Below the pieces are notes generated by a model that made no database searches, had not been told where the DNA came from, and saw only the letters and a list, made by a program, of their open reading frames with translations. Position numbers and translations under genes: made by a program. A stretch of 64,000 nucleotides of DNA, from NCBI RefSeq assembly GCF_054482525.1, contig NZ_CM137006.1, one strand, 5' to 3'. Numbering within the stretch: the stretch's first letter is position 1; every line of letters starts with the position of its first letter. Shown piece by piece: positions 1 to 9,903 of this stretch.

Positions 1-236
1 TAAAATAATTGTAATTATAAAGTTAAATATCGGTAATTTGTATTTAATAAATACGATCGATATTGTTACTTTATTCTCCTGGTGCTCCCTTTTAATTAAC
101 TGTTTTAGCGGAGGATGCGGAAAAAATTCAACTCATTTGTTAATTTTTAAAATTTATTTTTATTTGGATAATCAAATATTTACTCCGTATTTGCATAAAA
201 ACCATGCGAGTTACGGGCCTATAAGCCAGGCGAGAT

Positions 237-250
237 ATGATCTATATCAA
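237..250 (+). promoter_or_regulatory. FNR-like binding site (aTGATctatATCAA) upstream of focA, with a candidate -10 (TAGTAT, 273-278) placing it near -41.5
   Basis: Sequence matches TTGAT-N4-ATCAA in 9 of 10 half-site positions; spacing to a -10-like hexamer fits a class II FNR promoter; the focA-pfl operon is known to be FNR/ArcA controlled. Confidence 0.45.
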
Positions 251-310
251 TTTCTCATCTATAATGCTTTGTTAGTATCTCGTCGCCGACTTAATAAAGA
301 GAGAGTTAGT

Positions 311-1168
311 GTGAAAGCTGACAACCCTTTTGATCTTTTACTTCCTGCAGCAATGGCCAAAGTGGCCGAAGAGGCAGGTGTCTATAAAGCAACGAAACAT
401 CCGCTTAAGACTTTCTATCTGGCGATTACCGCCGGTGTTTTCATCTCAATCGCATTCGTCTTCTATATCACAGCAACCACTGGCACAGGAACAATGCCCT
501 TCGGCATGGCAAAACTGGTTGGCGGCATTTGCTTCTCTCTGGGGCTGATTCTTTGTGTTGTCTGCGGAGCCGATCTCTTTACTTCCACAGTGTTGATTGT
601 TGTTGCTAAGGCGAGTGGGCGCATCACCTGGGGTCAGTTGGCGAAAAACTGGCTAAATGTCTATTTTGGCAACCTGGTCGGCGCACTGCTGTTTGTACTT
701 TTAATGTGGCTTTCCGGCGAGTATATGACCGCGAATGGTCAATGGGGACTAAACGTCCTACAAACCGCCGACCACAAAGTGCACCATACTTTTATTGAGG
801 CCGTCTGTCTTGGTATCCTGGCAAACCTGATGGTATGTCTGGCAGTATGGATGAGTTATTCTGGCCGCAGCCTGATGGATAAAGCGTTCATTATGGTGCT
901 GCCGGTCGCGATGTTTGTTGCCAGCGGTTTTGAGCACAGTATCGCAAACATGTTTATGATCCCGATGGGTATTGTAATCCGCGACTTCGCATCTCCGGAA
1001 TTCTGGACCGCTGTCGGTTCTGCACCGGAAAATTTTTCTCACCTGACCGTGATGAACTTCATCACTGATAACCTGATTCCGGTTACGATCGGTAATATTA
1101 TCGGCGGTGGTTTGTTGGTTGGGTTGACATACTGGGTCATTTATCTGCGTGAAAACGATCACCATTAA
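311..1168 (+). CDS. focA: Formate channel FocA (285 aa, GTG start inside the longer ORF 38-1168)
   Basis: Translation from VKADNPFDLLLPAAMAKVAEEAGVYKATKH... to ...YLRENDHH matches FocA as I remember it; immediately upstream of pflB. Confidence 0.93.
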   Translation: MKADNPFDLLLPAAMAKVAEEAGVYKATKHPLKTFYLAITAGVFISIAFVFYITATTGTGTMPFGMAKLVGGICFSLGLILCVVCGADLFTSTVLIVVAKASGRITWGQLAKNWLNVYFGNLVGALLFVLLMWLSGEYMTANGQWGLNVLQTADHKVHHTFIEAVCLGILANLMVCLAVWMSYSGRSLMDKAFIMVLPVAMFVASGFEHSIANMFMIPMGIVIRDFASPEFWTAVGSAPENFSHLTVMNFITDNLIPVTIGNIIGGGLLVGLTYWVIYLRENDHH

Positions 1169-1222
1169 TGGTTGTCGAAGTACGCAGTAAATAAAAAATC
1201 CACTTAAGAAGGTAGGTGTTAC

Positions 1223-3505
1223 ATGTCCGAGCTTAATGAAAAGTTAGCCACAGCCTGGGAAGGTTTTACCAAAGGTGACTGGCAGAATGAAGTAAACGTC
1301 CGTGACTTCATTCAGAAAAACTACACTCCGTACGAGGGTGACGAGTCCTTCCTGGCTGGCGCTACTGAAGCGACCACCACCCTGTGGGACAAAGTAATGG
1401 AAGGCGTTAAACTGGAAAACCGCACTCACGCGCCAGTTGACTTTGACACCGCTGTTGCTTCCACCATCACCTCTCACGACGCTGGCTACATCAACAAAGC
1501 GTTGGAAAAAGTTGTTGGTCTGCAGACTGAAGCTCCGCTGAAACGTGCTCTTATCCCGTTCGGTGGTATCAAAATGATCGAAGGTTCCTGCAAAGCGTAC
1601 AACCGCGAACTGGACCCGATGATCAAAAAAATCTTCACTGAATACCGTAAAACTCACAACCAGGGCGTGTTCGACGTTTACACTCCGGACATCCTGCGTT
1701 GCCGTAAATCCGGTGTTCTGACCGGTCTGCCAGATGCTTATGGCCGTGGTCGTATCATCGGTGACTACCGTCGCGTTGCGCTGTACGGTATCGACTACCT
1801 GATGAAAGACAAACTTGCACAGTTCACCTCTCTGCAGGCTGATCTGGAAAACGGCGTAAACCTGGAACAGACTATCCGTCTGCGCGAAGAAATCGCTGAA
1901 CAGCACCGCGCTCTGGGTCAGATGAAAGAAATGGCTGCGAAATACGGCTACGACATCTCTGGTCCGGCTACCAACGCTCAGGAAGCTATCCAGTGGACTT
2001 ACTTTGGCTACCTGGCTGCTGTTAAGTCTCAGAACGGTGCTGCAATGTCCTTCGGTCGTACCTCCACCTTCCTGGATGTGTACATCGAACGTGACCTGAA
2101 AGCTGGCAAGATCACCGAACAAGAAGCGCAGGAAATGGTTGACCACCTGGTCATGAAACTGCGTATGGTTCGCTTCCTGCGTACTCCGGAATACGATGAA
2201 CTGTTCTCTGGCGACCCGATCTGGGCAACCGAATCTATCGGTGGTATGGGCCTCGACGGTCGTACCCTGGTTACCAAAAACAGCTTCCGTTTCCTGAACA
2301 CCCTGTACACCATGGGTCCGTCTCCGGAACCGAACATGACCATTCTGTGGTCTGAAAAACTGCCGCTGAACTTCAAGAAATTCGCCGCTAAAGTGTCCAT
2401 CGACACCTCTTCTCTGCAGTATGAGAACGATGACCTGATGCGTCCGGACTTCAACAACGATGACTACGCTATCGCTTGCTGCGTAAGCCCGATGATCGTT
2501 GGTAAACAAATGCAGTTCTTCGGTGCGCGTGCAAACCTGGCGAAAACCATGCTGTACGCAATCAACGGCGGCGTTGACGAAAAACTGAAAATGCAGGTTG
2601 GTCCGAAGTCTGAGCCGATCAAAGGCGATCTCCTGAACTACGATGAAGTGATGGAGCGCATGGATCACTTCATGGACTGGCTGGCTAAACAGTACATCAC
2701 TGCACTGAACATCATCCACTACATGCACGACAAGTACAGCTACGAAGCCTCTCTGATGGCGCTGCACGACCGTGACGTTATCCGCACCATGGCGTGTGGT
2801 ATCGCTGGTCTGTCCGTTGCTGCTGACTCCCTGTCTGCAATCAAATATGCGAAAGTTAAACCGATTCGTGACGAAGACGGTCTGGCTATCGACTTCGAAA
2901 TCGAAGGCGAATACCCGCAGTTTGGTAACAACGATCCGCGTGTAGATGACCTGGCTGTTGACCTGGTAGAACGTTTCATGAAGAAAATTCAGAAACTGCA
3001 CACCTACCGTGACGCTATCCCGACTCAGTCTGTTCTGACCATCACTTCTAACGTTGTGTATGGTAAGAAAACTGGTAACACCCCAGACGGTCGTCGTGCT
3101 GGCGCGCCGTTCGGACCGGGTGCTAACCCGATGCACGGTCGTGACCAGAAAGGTGCAGTAGCCTCTCTGACTTCCGTTGCTAAACTGCCGTTTGCTTACG
3201 CTAAAGATGGTATCTCCTACACCTTCTCTATCGTTCCGAACGCACTGGGTAAAGACGACGAAGTTCGTAAGACCAACCTGGCTGGTCTGATGGATGGTTA
3301 CTTCCACCACGAAGCATCCATCGAAGGTGGTCAGCACCTGAACGTTAACGTGATGAACCGTGAAATGCTGCTCGACGCGATGGAAAACCCAGAAAAATAT
3401 CCGCAGCTGACCATCCGTGTATCTGGCTACGCAGTACGTTTCAACTCGCTGACTAAAGAACAGCAGCAGGACGTTATTACTCGTACCTTCACTCAATCTA
3501 TGTAA
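1223..3505 (+). CDS. pflB: Pyruvate formate-lyase (760 aa)
   Basis: [31 protein letters not shown]... and C-terminal glycyl-radical region [29 protein letters not shown]; SD-like AAGAAGGTAGG upstream. Confidence 0.97.
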   Translation: MSELNEKLATAWEGFTKGDWQNEVNVRDFIQKNYTPYEGDESFLAGATEATTTLWDKVMEGVKLENRTHAPVDFDTAVASTITSHDAGYINKALEKVVGLQTEAPLKRALIPFGGIKMIEGSCKAYNRELDPMIKKIFTEYRKTHNQGVFDVYTPDILRCRKSGVLTGLPDAYGRGRIIGDYRRVALYGIDYLMKDKLAQFTSLQADLENGVNLEQTIRLREEIAEQHRALGQMKEMAAKYGYDISGPATNAQEAIQWTYFGYLAAVKSQNGAAMSFGRTSTFLDVYIERDLKAGKITEQEAQEMVDHLVMKLRMVRFLRTPEYDELFSGDPIWATESIGGMGLDGRTLVTKNSFRFLNTLYTMGPSPEPNMTILWSEKLPLNFKKFAAKVSIDTSSLQYENDDLMRPDFNNDDYAIACCVSPMIVGKQMQFFGARANLAKTMLYAINGGVDEKLKMQVGPKSEPIKGDLLNYDEVMERMDHFMDWLAKQYITALNIIHYMHDKYSYEASLMALHDRDVIRTMACGIAGLSVAADSLSAIKYAKVKPIRDEDGLAIDFEIEGEYPQFGNNDPRVDDLAVDLVERFMKKIQKLHTYRDAIPTQSVLTITSNVVYGKKTGNTPDGRRAGAPFGPGANPMHGRDQKGAVASLTSVAKLPFAYAKDGISYTFSIVPNALGKDDEVRKTNLAGLMDGYFHHEASIEGGQHLNVNVMNREMLLDAMENPEKYPQLTIRVSGYAVRFNSLTKEQQQDVITRTFTQSM

Positions 3506-3547
3506 TTAGATTTGACTGAAATCGTACAGTAAAAAGCGTACAATAAA

Positions 3548-3573
3548 GGCTCCACGAAAGTGGGGCCTTTTTT
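3548..3573 (+). terminator. Rho-independent terminator downstream of pflB (GGCTCCACgaaaGTGGGGCC + T-run)
   Basis: GC-rich hairpin followed by TTTTTT immediately after the pflB stop. Confidence 0.55.
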
Positions 3574-3696
3574 AGCACGAGAGCCTTTTTTGTCAGCTAT
3601 CTATACTTTAAGGTGACTGCCAAAACAGACTCGACGTAGCCTTCGAGCTGCGCACCAACACGGCCTCAGATGGGCCACATCTGGAGAAACACCGCA

Positions 3697-4437
3697 ATGT
3701 CAGTTATTGGTCGCATTCACTCCTTTGAATCCTGTGGAACCGTAGACGGCCCGGGTATTCGCTTTATCACCTTTTTCCAGGGCTGCCTGATGCGCTGCCT
3801 GTATTGTCATAACCGCGACACCTGGGACACGCATGGCGGTAAAGAAGTTACCGTTGAAGATTTGATGAAAGAGGTGGTGACCTATCGCCACTTTATGAAC
3901 GCTTCCGGCGGCGGCGTTACCGCATCCGGCGGTGAAGCAATCCTGCAAGCTGAGTTTGTTCGTGACTGGTTCCGCGCCTGCAAAAAAGAAGGCATTCATA
4001 CCTGTCTGGATACCAACGGTTTTGTTCGTCGTTACGATCCGGTGATTGATGAACTGCTGGAAGTAACCGACCTGGTAATGCTCGATCTCAAACAGATGAA
4101 CGACGAGATCCACCAAAATCTGGTTGGAGTTTCCAACCACCGCACGCTGGAGTTTGCTAAATATCTGGCGAATAAAAATGTGAAGGTGTGGATCCGCTAC
4201 GTTGTTGTCCCAGGCTGGTCTGACGATGACGATTCAGCGCATCGCCTCGGTGAATTTACCCGTGATATGGGCAACGTTGAGAAAATCGAGCTTCTCCCCT
4301 ACCACGAACTGGGCAAACACAAATGGGTGGCGATGGGTGAAGAATACAAACTCGATGGTGTTAAACCACCGAAGAAAGAGACCATGGAACGCGTGAAAGG
4401 CATTCTTGAGCAGTACGGTCATAAGGTAATGTTCTAA
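3697..4437 (+). CDS. pflA: Pyruvate formate-lyase activating enzyme (radical SAM, 246 aa)
   Basis: [44 protein letters not shown] with CxxxCxxC radical-SAM motif; start taken at the internal ATG of ORF 3670-4437. Confidence 0.95.
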   Translation: MSVIGRIHSFESCGTVDGPGIRFITFFQGCLMRCLYCHNRDTWDTHGGKEVTVEDLMKEVVTYRHFMNASGGGVTASGGEAILQAEFVRDWFRACKKEGIHTCLDTNGFVRRYDPVIDELLEVTDLVMLDLKQMNDEIHQNLVGVSNHRTLEFAKYLANKNVKVWIRYVVVPGWSDDDDSAHRLGEFTRDMGNVEKIELLPYHELGKHKWVAMGEEYKLDGVKPPKKETMERVKGILEQYGHKVMF

Positions 4438-4449
4438 TTTCCCCGTAAA

Positions 4450-4480
4450 GCGGCAACTTTTTTGAGTTGCCGCCTTTTTA
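4450..4480. terminator. Hairpin terminator between convergent pflA and ycaM (GCGGCAAC...GTTGCCGC with flanking T/A runs)
   Basis: Inverted repeat flanked by T-runs, positioned between two convergent stop codons. Confidence 0.5.
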
Positions 4481-4646
4481 TTCCGCGCTGCATAAATAAT
4501 TCAGAGCTCTATTTCTAACGCCCTTACAGCACAGCTTCCAAATGTATTACCCAAACCGCCAGTATATGTCCTGCGGCTTGCGCGCATTTCTCGATTATGT
4601 AAAAACGGGTCAGATCTGCCAGAGTCAGCGTCACCGACCACAATAA

Positions 4647-6077
4647 TTATTTGCTATTCGCTTTACGCGCCAGCAGCGGGAATATCAGCCCTAATCCTAC
4701 CAGCACAAACGGCGTTGCAACATTCAGCGCCAACTGGAATGTCCACTCTGCGGTGAAGGCTTCCATTTTTGGGAAAATACCAGTCAGGCAGGCAAAAGCG
4801 GTAAAGGCAAAACACCAAATTCCGACGGTCATTGCCAGCGGCTTATTACGAATAAAGACATATTCCGGCTTATATTTCTGCGCCAGGCGAACAACTGCAA
4901 TAAATGCAACAAATACCCATAAATAACGCAGCGGCATCACTACCGAGTTAAGATTCAACAGCCATTTATAGAGATTGTTCATATCACCAATGCCGAGAGT
5001 CGGTAGCATTATCAGGATCGCCACCAGCGCCAGGGTCAGAAAATAGCCATTAACGGGCGTACCAGAAGCGTTGGTACGACATAAACTGGCTGGAATATAT
5101 TTGCTGTCAGCATCGCCTAATAACACTTTAAGCGGCGCATCAATCGAGAATACCAGCGCAGCTACTTGTCCCAGGGTATTCGCAATGGCATAAATCACCA
5201 TTAAAGTATTACCCATGTTGTAATACTCGCCCAGCTTCTGAAAGGCGTAATACTGACCGTTAGTCATTAAGTCATCCGGGATATTACGCGAGTCAAACAT
5301 CATCCCCATCGCCAGTGAGCCCAGAATGGCACAAACCGCAACCATCACCGCCAGGCATAACATCCCTTTTGGAAATTCTTTTCCTGGGTTGCGCGTTTGA
5401 TTAACATAAGGAGAAATCTTCTCTGCTCCGCCAACCGCGAAAACCAGCATTGAAATAGTGGTAATGTAGGTAAAGTCGATATGAGGAATGAACGTTTCCC
5501 AGGTAATGTTTGTGGTCGCAATATGCACTTCAGTAATCGCAGGCGCGGTTACCGCCATCGCCACATACAGGAGCGACATAACAAACATCGCAATCCCTGC
5601 CACAGAACCGACGATTTTCAGCGATTTCATACCGCGTGAAGCAACCCACATAAAGAAGACAAACAGCACCAGCGTTAACCCCTGTAACGCTACGACTGAA
5701 TATTCTTTGATTAGCGAACCGTCGCCTTTCATCGCCCAACCGAGCGCAATCAGTATTGCCTGGGGTTTTTGTGCCAGATAGGGAATATGCACTACCCAGT
5801 AGGTCCACGCGGCGAGGTAAGCCAGTCCGGGTCCCATCGTGTGTTTAATCCAGGTACTGACCCCGCCCTTCCCATCTTTGAAGGTCGAGCCTAACTGACC
5901 AACAATTAGCGCATAAGGTGTGAAATAGAGCGCAAAGATAAACACCCATGAAAAAACAACCACCAGCCCCTGGTTGGCGTAGTTATTAACAACGTTGCCA
6001 AAACCCCAGACAGTGATAAAAGACATCAGCGCAATGTTGTACCATCGCAGCTGTTTTTCCTGAACATTCCCAGCCAT
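4647..6077 (-). CDS. ycaM: APC-superfamily transporter YcaM (476 aa)
   Basis: MAGNVQEKQLRWYNIALMSFITVWGFGNVVNNYANQG..., polytopic membrane protein; start at the internal ATG of ORF 4647-6269. Confidence 0.85.
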   Translation of the reverse strand: MAGNVQEKQLRWYNIALMSFITVWGFGNVVNNYANQGLVVVFSWVFIFALYFTPYALIVGQLGSTFKDGKGGVSTWIKHTMGPGLAYLAAWTYWVVHIPYLAQKPQAILIALGWAMKGDGSLIKEYSVVALQGLTLVLFVFFMWVASRGMKSLKIVGSVAGIAMFVMSLLYVAMAVTAPAITEVHIATTNITWETFIPHIDFTYITTISMLVFAVGGAEKISPYVNQTRNPGKEFPKGMLCLAVMVAVCAILGSLAMGMMFDSRNIPDDLMTNGQYYAFQKLGEYYNMGNTLMVIYAIANTLGQVAALVFSIDAPLKVLLGDADSKYIPASLCRTNASGTPVNGYFLTLALVAILIMLPTLGIGDMNNLYKWLLNLNSVVMPLRYLWVFVAFIAVVRLAQKYKPEYVFIRNKPLAMTVGIWCFAFTAFACLTGIFPKMEAFTAEWTFQLALNVATPFVLVGLGLIFPLLARKANSK

Positions 6078-6286
6078 AGACAAATCCTTCGCCAAAATTA
6101 AAGGGGCATCTGTAAAACGAGGGATTATGCGCGGCAAATAAGAAGTGCGGAAATAGCGAAATGCAAAATTATAACCTGCTGCACATTTTATTTTGAAACG
6201 AATAAAATTTTGAAAAAAGCAAGTCAGATAGAAGAAACAAAAAAGCAGAGTGTGAAACAGTAAGTTCACACTCTGCGTTAATTCAT

Positions 6287-7435
6287 TTACACGTGAGCAA
6301 CGGGTTTCGGCGTATGACCGGCGTTGCGAAGCAGCATCAGCAAATAGATAAACGATACGCTGGCGATCATGATAAACAATAAATTATCGGAGAAATTCTG
6401 CATTAGCATAGCGGTAAATGACGGGCCAAGCAGACTTCCCACGGTATAGCTCAACAGTAAGGCCTGGTTCATCGCCACCAGTTGATGATGTTCAACTTTC
6501 TCACAAGCCCAGGCCATCGCCACCGGATATAGCGTAAAGCCAGCGGCACCGAGGATGAATAACGCAGGGGCCATCGCCGCCTGGCTAAGCATCGCGATAC
6601 TGCCGAGAATGACGACAAAGACCTGAACACGCAACACCAGCAGTCGACCAAACTTATCCGCCAGACGTCCAATCGGCCATTGTCCGAGGATACCCGCACT
6701 GACCAGTACCGCCATCCAGAAACCAATGCTGGCATTGCTCACCCCTTTGTGATTGAGGTACAGCGGCATCAGGCCATATAGAGATCCCAGAACGATTCCT
6801 GAGATAATGCAGCCATTCACGCCAAGCCGCGCCTGACGGAGTTTTAGCATTGCCGTAATTGACGTCGAATCATGATTTTCAGCCTCCTGATTCAGGACAC
6901 GCGTAAACAACAGCGGTAAGATCCCTGCCAATGTCAAACCTGTAACCCACGGCAATACGCTCATCAGCTCGGTTGAAACTTTGCTGACCAGTAACTGGCC
7001 TAAAAACGTTCCCACGTAATAAATCATCATATACGCAGCAAGCAAACGCCCACGGTTACGTGACGTCCCACTGCACATCAGCGCGCTCTCAACAACCACC
7101 CAAATCATGGCACAGCCGACGCCGGCGACAAAACGCCAAGCCAACCAGCTCCAGAATCCAATCATCAGGCCAAGGCCGGCACAGCCAGCGGCAAAAATGA
7201 AGGAGGCCAGATAATAGCTGCGGTTAAAGCCAATGCGCTTAATGACATACCCTGTCAGCAATGTACCGACCAGGTTGCCGGTAAAATAGGATGAGCTGAC
7301 GACGCCTACCTGCCATGTGGACATGTGTTCCTGGGCGAGCCAAAGCGGCACGAGTGTATTTAACACTGCGATCGCCAGAGTCAACAAAAGCAGGCCAGAC
7401 AGCAAAAGCATGACAGGCCGGGTATACGTGGACAT
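6287..7435 (-). CDS. ycaD: MFS transporter YcaD (382 aa)
   Basis: [46 protein letters not shown]...; 12-TM MFS-like hydropathy. Confidence 0.88.
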   Translation of the reverse strand: MSTYTRPVMLLLSGLLLLTLAIAVLNTLVPLWLAQEHMSTWQVGVVSSSYFTGNLVGTLLTGYVIKRIGFNRSYYLASFIFAAGCAGLGLMIGFWSWLAWRFVAGVGCAMIWVVVESALMCSGTSRNRGRLLAAYMMIYYVGTFLGQLLVSKVSTELMSVLPWVTGLTLAGILPLLFTRVLNQEAENHDSTSITAMLKLRQARLGVNGCIISGIVLGSLYGLMPLYLNHKGVSNASIGFWMAVLVSAGILGQWPIGRLADKFGRLLVLRVQVFVVILGSIAMLSQAAMAPALFILGAAGFTLYPVAMAWACEKVEHHQLVAMNQALLLSYTVGSLLGPSFTAMLMQNFSDNLLFIMIASVSFIYLLMLLRNAGHTPKPVAHV

Positions 7436-7749
7436 GAATTAAAACCGTGAGGAAGTTCAAATTTCATGCGCATCATGCCACCGCCAAAAACATTGTCAAT
7501 GGGTGAAAATACGCGCATATCGCAGCGGAGGTATTATCGATTTATATTACTCATTCATAACGCTAATGCTGGAGAGACGATTAATCTCATCTGATTGTTT
7601 TTATTGATCTAACACAAATTTCATACGCTTCGTTCAGTCGAAAAATTTCATGGTCAAAGCAAACTCATATTTCCCGTCTATGCTTTCAGAGCAATGCATC
7701 GCGTCTGACCGATTTCAGACGTACCACTGACTCTCGAAAGGAGAAGAGG

Positions 7750-8376
7750 ATGACCAAACCGTATGTTCGTCTTGATAAAAATGATGCTGCCGTTTTGCTT
7801 GTTGATCACCAGGCTGGTTTACTTTCCCTTGTACGGGATATCGAACCCGATAAGTTTAAAAATAACGTGCTGGCGCTGGGCGACCTGGCTAAGTATTTCA
7901 ACTTACCTACTATTCTTACCACCAGTTTTGAAACCGGTCCTAACGGCCCATTAGTTCCAGAACTGAAAGCACAGTTTCCCGATGCACCTTACATTGCTCG
8001 CCCGGGAAATATTAACGCCTGGGATAACGAAGATTTTGTAAAAGCTGTCAAAGCGACAGGTAAAAAACAGTTAATTATTGCCGGTGTGGTAACCGAAGTT
8101 TGCGTGGCATTCCCGGCGCTTTCAGCCATTGAAGAAGGGTTTGACGTCTTTGTCGTGACTGACGCGTCAGGGACCTTTAATGAAATTACCCGGCATTCGG
8201 CATGGGATCGCATGTCGCAAGCTGGTGCGCAATTGATGACATGGTTCGGCGTGGCGTGCGAGCTGCATCGTGACTGGCGTAATGATATTGAAGGACTGGC
8301 GACGTTGTTCTCTAACCATATTCCTGATTATCGTAATTTGATGACCAGTTATGACACGTTAACGAAGCAGAAATAA
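7750..8376 (+). CDS. ycaC: Isochorismatase-family hydrolase YcaC (208 aa)
   Basis: MTKPYVRLDKNDAAVLLVDHQAGLL...; SD GAAAGGAGAAGAGG upstream. Confidence 0.88.
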   Translation: MTKPYVRLDKNDAAVLLVDHQAGLLSLVRDIEPDKFKNNVLALGDLAKYFNLPTILTTSFETGPNGPLVPELKAQFPDAPYIARPGNINAWDNEDFVKAVKATGKKQLIIAGVVTEVCVAFPALSAIEEGFDVFVVTDASGTFNEITRHSAWDRMSQAGAQLMTWFGVACELHRDWRNDIEGLATLFSNHIPDYRNLMTSYDTLTKQK

Positions 8377-8410
8377 AAGAGAACCGGGGCCGAAACCCCG
8401 GTTGTTATGA

Positions 8411-9274
8411 TTAGCTTGCGACGGCCATCCCCACGGTCATATGCAAACCATAGAATACGCCACGACCGATTAATTCCCCTGCCAGAAGCAGAATGAATGA
8501 TACGGAAAGTAGCGGAACCGCAGGCTGATAACCTTTTAGCTGTGGTGCAATCCACAAGCACAGGGCAACAGCCAAAAGCACGATCCGCCAGGACATCAGC
8601 GCACCATAGTCCGGCACCAGCGCTGCGGCCTGCTGCACAGAGCTATGAATAGTTGCCAGCTCTGCGCCCTGCATCACTGACATCACACCACTCACTACCA
8701 GTGCCAGTACAGAAATGGCTGGCAGCAGACGCATCGCCCAGCCATCGACGCCAGCCAGACTCAGCAACAGGTAACCCAGTAACGGGCCGCCCATGAACAT
8801 CGTCAGGAAGAAGCCCATCGGCGTCCAGATGCTGTACCAGGTCGGAACGGTATCAATGCTGTTATAGACACGCACCATCATCCAGACAAAGACTATGCCG
8901 AGAACCATTGTCACCACCAGCCACAGCGTACGCAATGCCGGTGACAGCTTTTTCAGCATTGCCAGTAACCAGCCGATGCCACCAACAGCAAAAAAGATCG
9001 AACCGCTGGCGATTTCGTTACTGAGTGCTGAAGCCCCTACCCGGTTGAGCGAGTTAAAGGCGCGCATCGGTGAACCAAGATGAAGCATAGAGGCGATAAA
9101 GCCAATGCCCATCAGCACCCATAAACCAAACATGCAGGCAATAACACGCTGCTGTGCTTCTGCTCGCAGGTCGCCTTTGAGCAGCGCCAAAGCCAGAACG
9201 ATAAAACCACCTGCTACACATTGCCCGAAGACCGTGAAGATCATCAGCGGCCATTCATGCCATCCACTTCCCAT
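8411..9274 (-). CDS. dmsC: DMSO reductase membrane anchor subunit DmsC (287 aa)
   Basis: MGSGWHEWPLMIFTVFGQCVAGGFIVLALALL...; follows dmsB; start at internal ATG of ORF 8411-9337. Confidence 0.9.
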   Translation of the reverse strand: MGSGWHEWPLMIFTVFGQCVAGGFIVLALALLKGDLRAEAQQRVIACMFGLWVLMGIGFIASMLHLGSPMRAFNSLNRVGASALSNEIASGSIFFAVGGIGWLLAMLKKLSPALRTLWLVVTMVLGIVFVWMMVRVYNSIDTVPTWYSIWTPMGFFLTMFMGGPLLGYLLLSLAGVDGWAMRLLPAISVLALVVSGVMSVMQGAELATIHSSVQQAAALVPDYGALMSWRIVLLAVALCLWIAPQLKGYQPAVPLLSVSFILLLAGELIGRGVFYGLHMTVGMAVAS

Positions 9275-9275
9275 C

Positions 9276-9893
9276 TCACACCTCCTTCGGGTTTGCCAGA
9301 TAGCCAGTGGTATCCCCGGTTGGGCGGCTGTTGGCATTGGGTTTGATCACAATATTCGGTTTGGTAAAGTGAGCTCGCGGCAACGGCGCAACGGCCGCCA
9401 GATCGCCATGTTTTTTACGCAGCTCGTCGATAGGGCCGAAATCCAGCGCCCGCAGCGGGCAAGATTCAACACAGATCGGCTTTTTCCCCTCCGCAATACG
9501 GTCATAACAACCATCGCATTTGGTCATATGGCCTTTCGTTTCGTTATATTGCGGTGCGCCATACGGGCAAGCCATATGGCAGTAGCGGCAGCCAATGCAC
9601 ACATCTTCATCGACCACAACAAAACCATCTTCACGTTTATGCATCGCACCGCTCGGGCAGACTTTAGTACAAGCCGGATCTTCGCAGTGGTTACATGAAA
9701 TCGACAGATAGTAGGCAAACACGTTCTGATGCCAGACACCGTTATCTTCCTGCCAGTCACCACCAGCATATTCATAAATGCGGCGGAAGCTGACTTCCGG
9801 CGTCAGATCTTTATAGTCTTTACAGGCCAGCTCGCAGGTTTTGCAACCGGTGCAACGGCTGGAATCAATAAAAAATCCATACTGGGTTGTCAT
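9276..9893 (-). CDS. dmsB: DMSO reductase iron-sulfur subunit DmsB (205 aa)
   Basis: Four Cys clusters (CTGCKTCELAC, CNHCEDPAC, CIGCRYCHMACP, CDGCYDR...C) typical of 4x[4Fe-4S] ferredoxin subunit. Confidence 0.93.
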   Translation of the reverse strand: MTTQYGFFIDSSRCTGCKTCELACKDYKDLTPEVSFRRIYEYAGGDWQEDNGVWHQNVFAYYLSISCNHCEDPACTKVCPSGAMHKREDGFVVVDEDVCIGCRYCHMACPYGAPQYNETKGHMTKCDGCYDRIAEGKKPICVESCPLRALDFGPIDELRKKHGDLAAVAPLPRAHFTKPNIVIKPNANSRPTGDTTGYLANPKEV

Positions 9894-9903
9894 CGGTTAC
9901 TCC

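Noticed and set aside
38-310. N-terminal extension of the focA ORF (ORF 38-1168 starts 91 codons upstream)
   Set aside because: The extension is AT-rich promoter DNA containing FNR-like sites and -10 boxes; FocA homology begins at the GTG at 311
1244-3496. 750-aa ORF on the minus strand spanning the whole of pflB
   Set aside because: Mirror-image ORF inside a highly expressed, codon-biased gene; the plus-strand product is unmistakably PflB and the antisense translation is low-complexity
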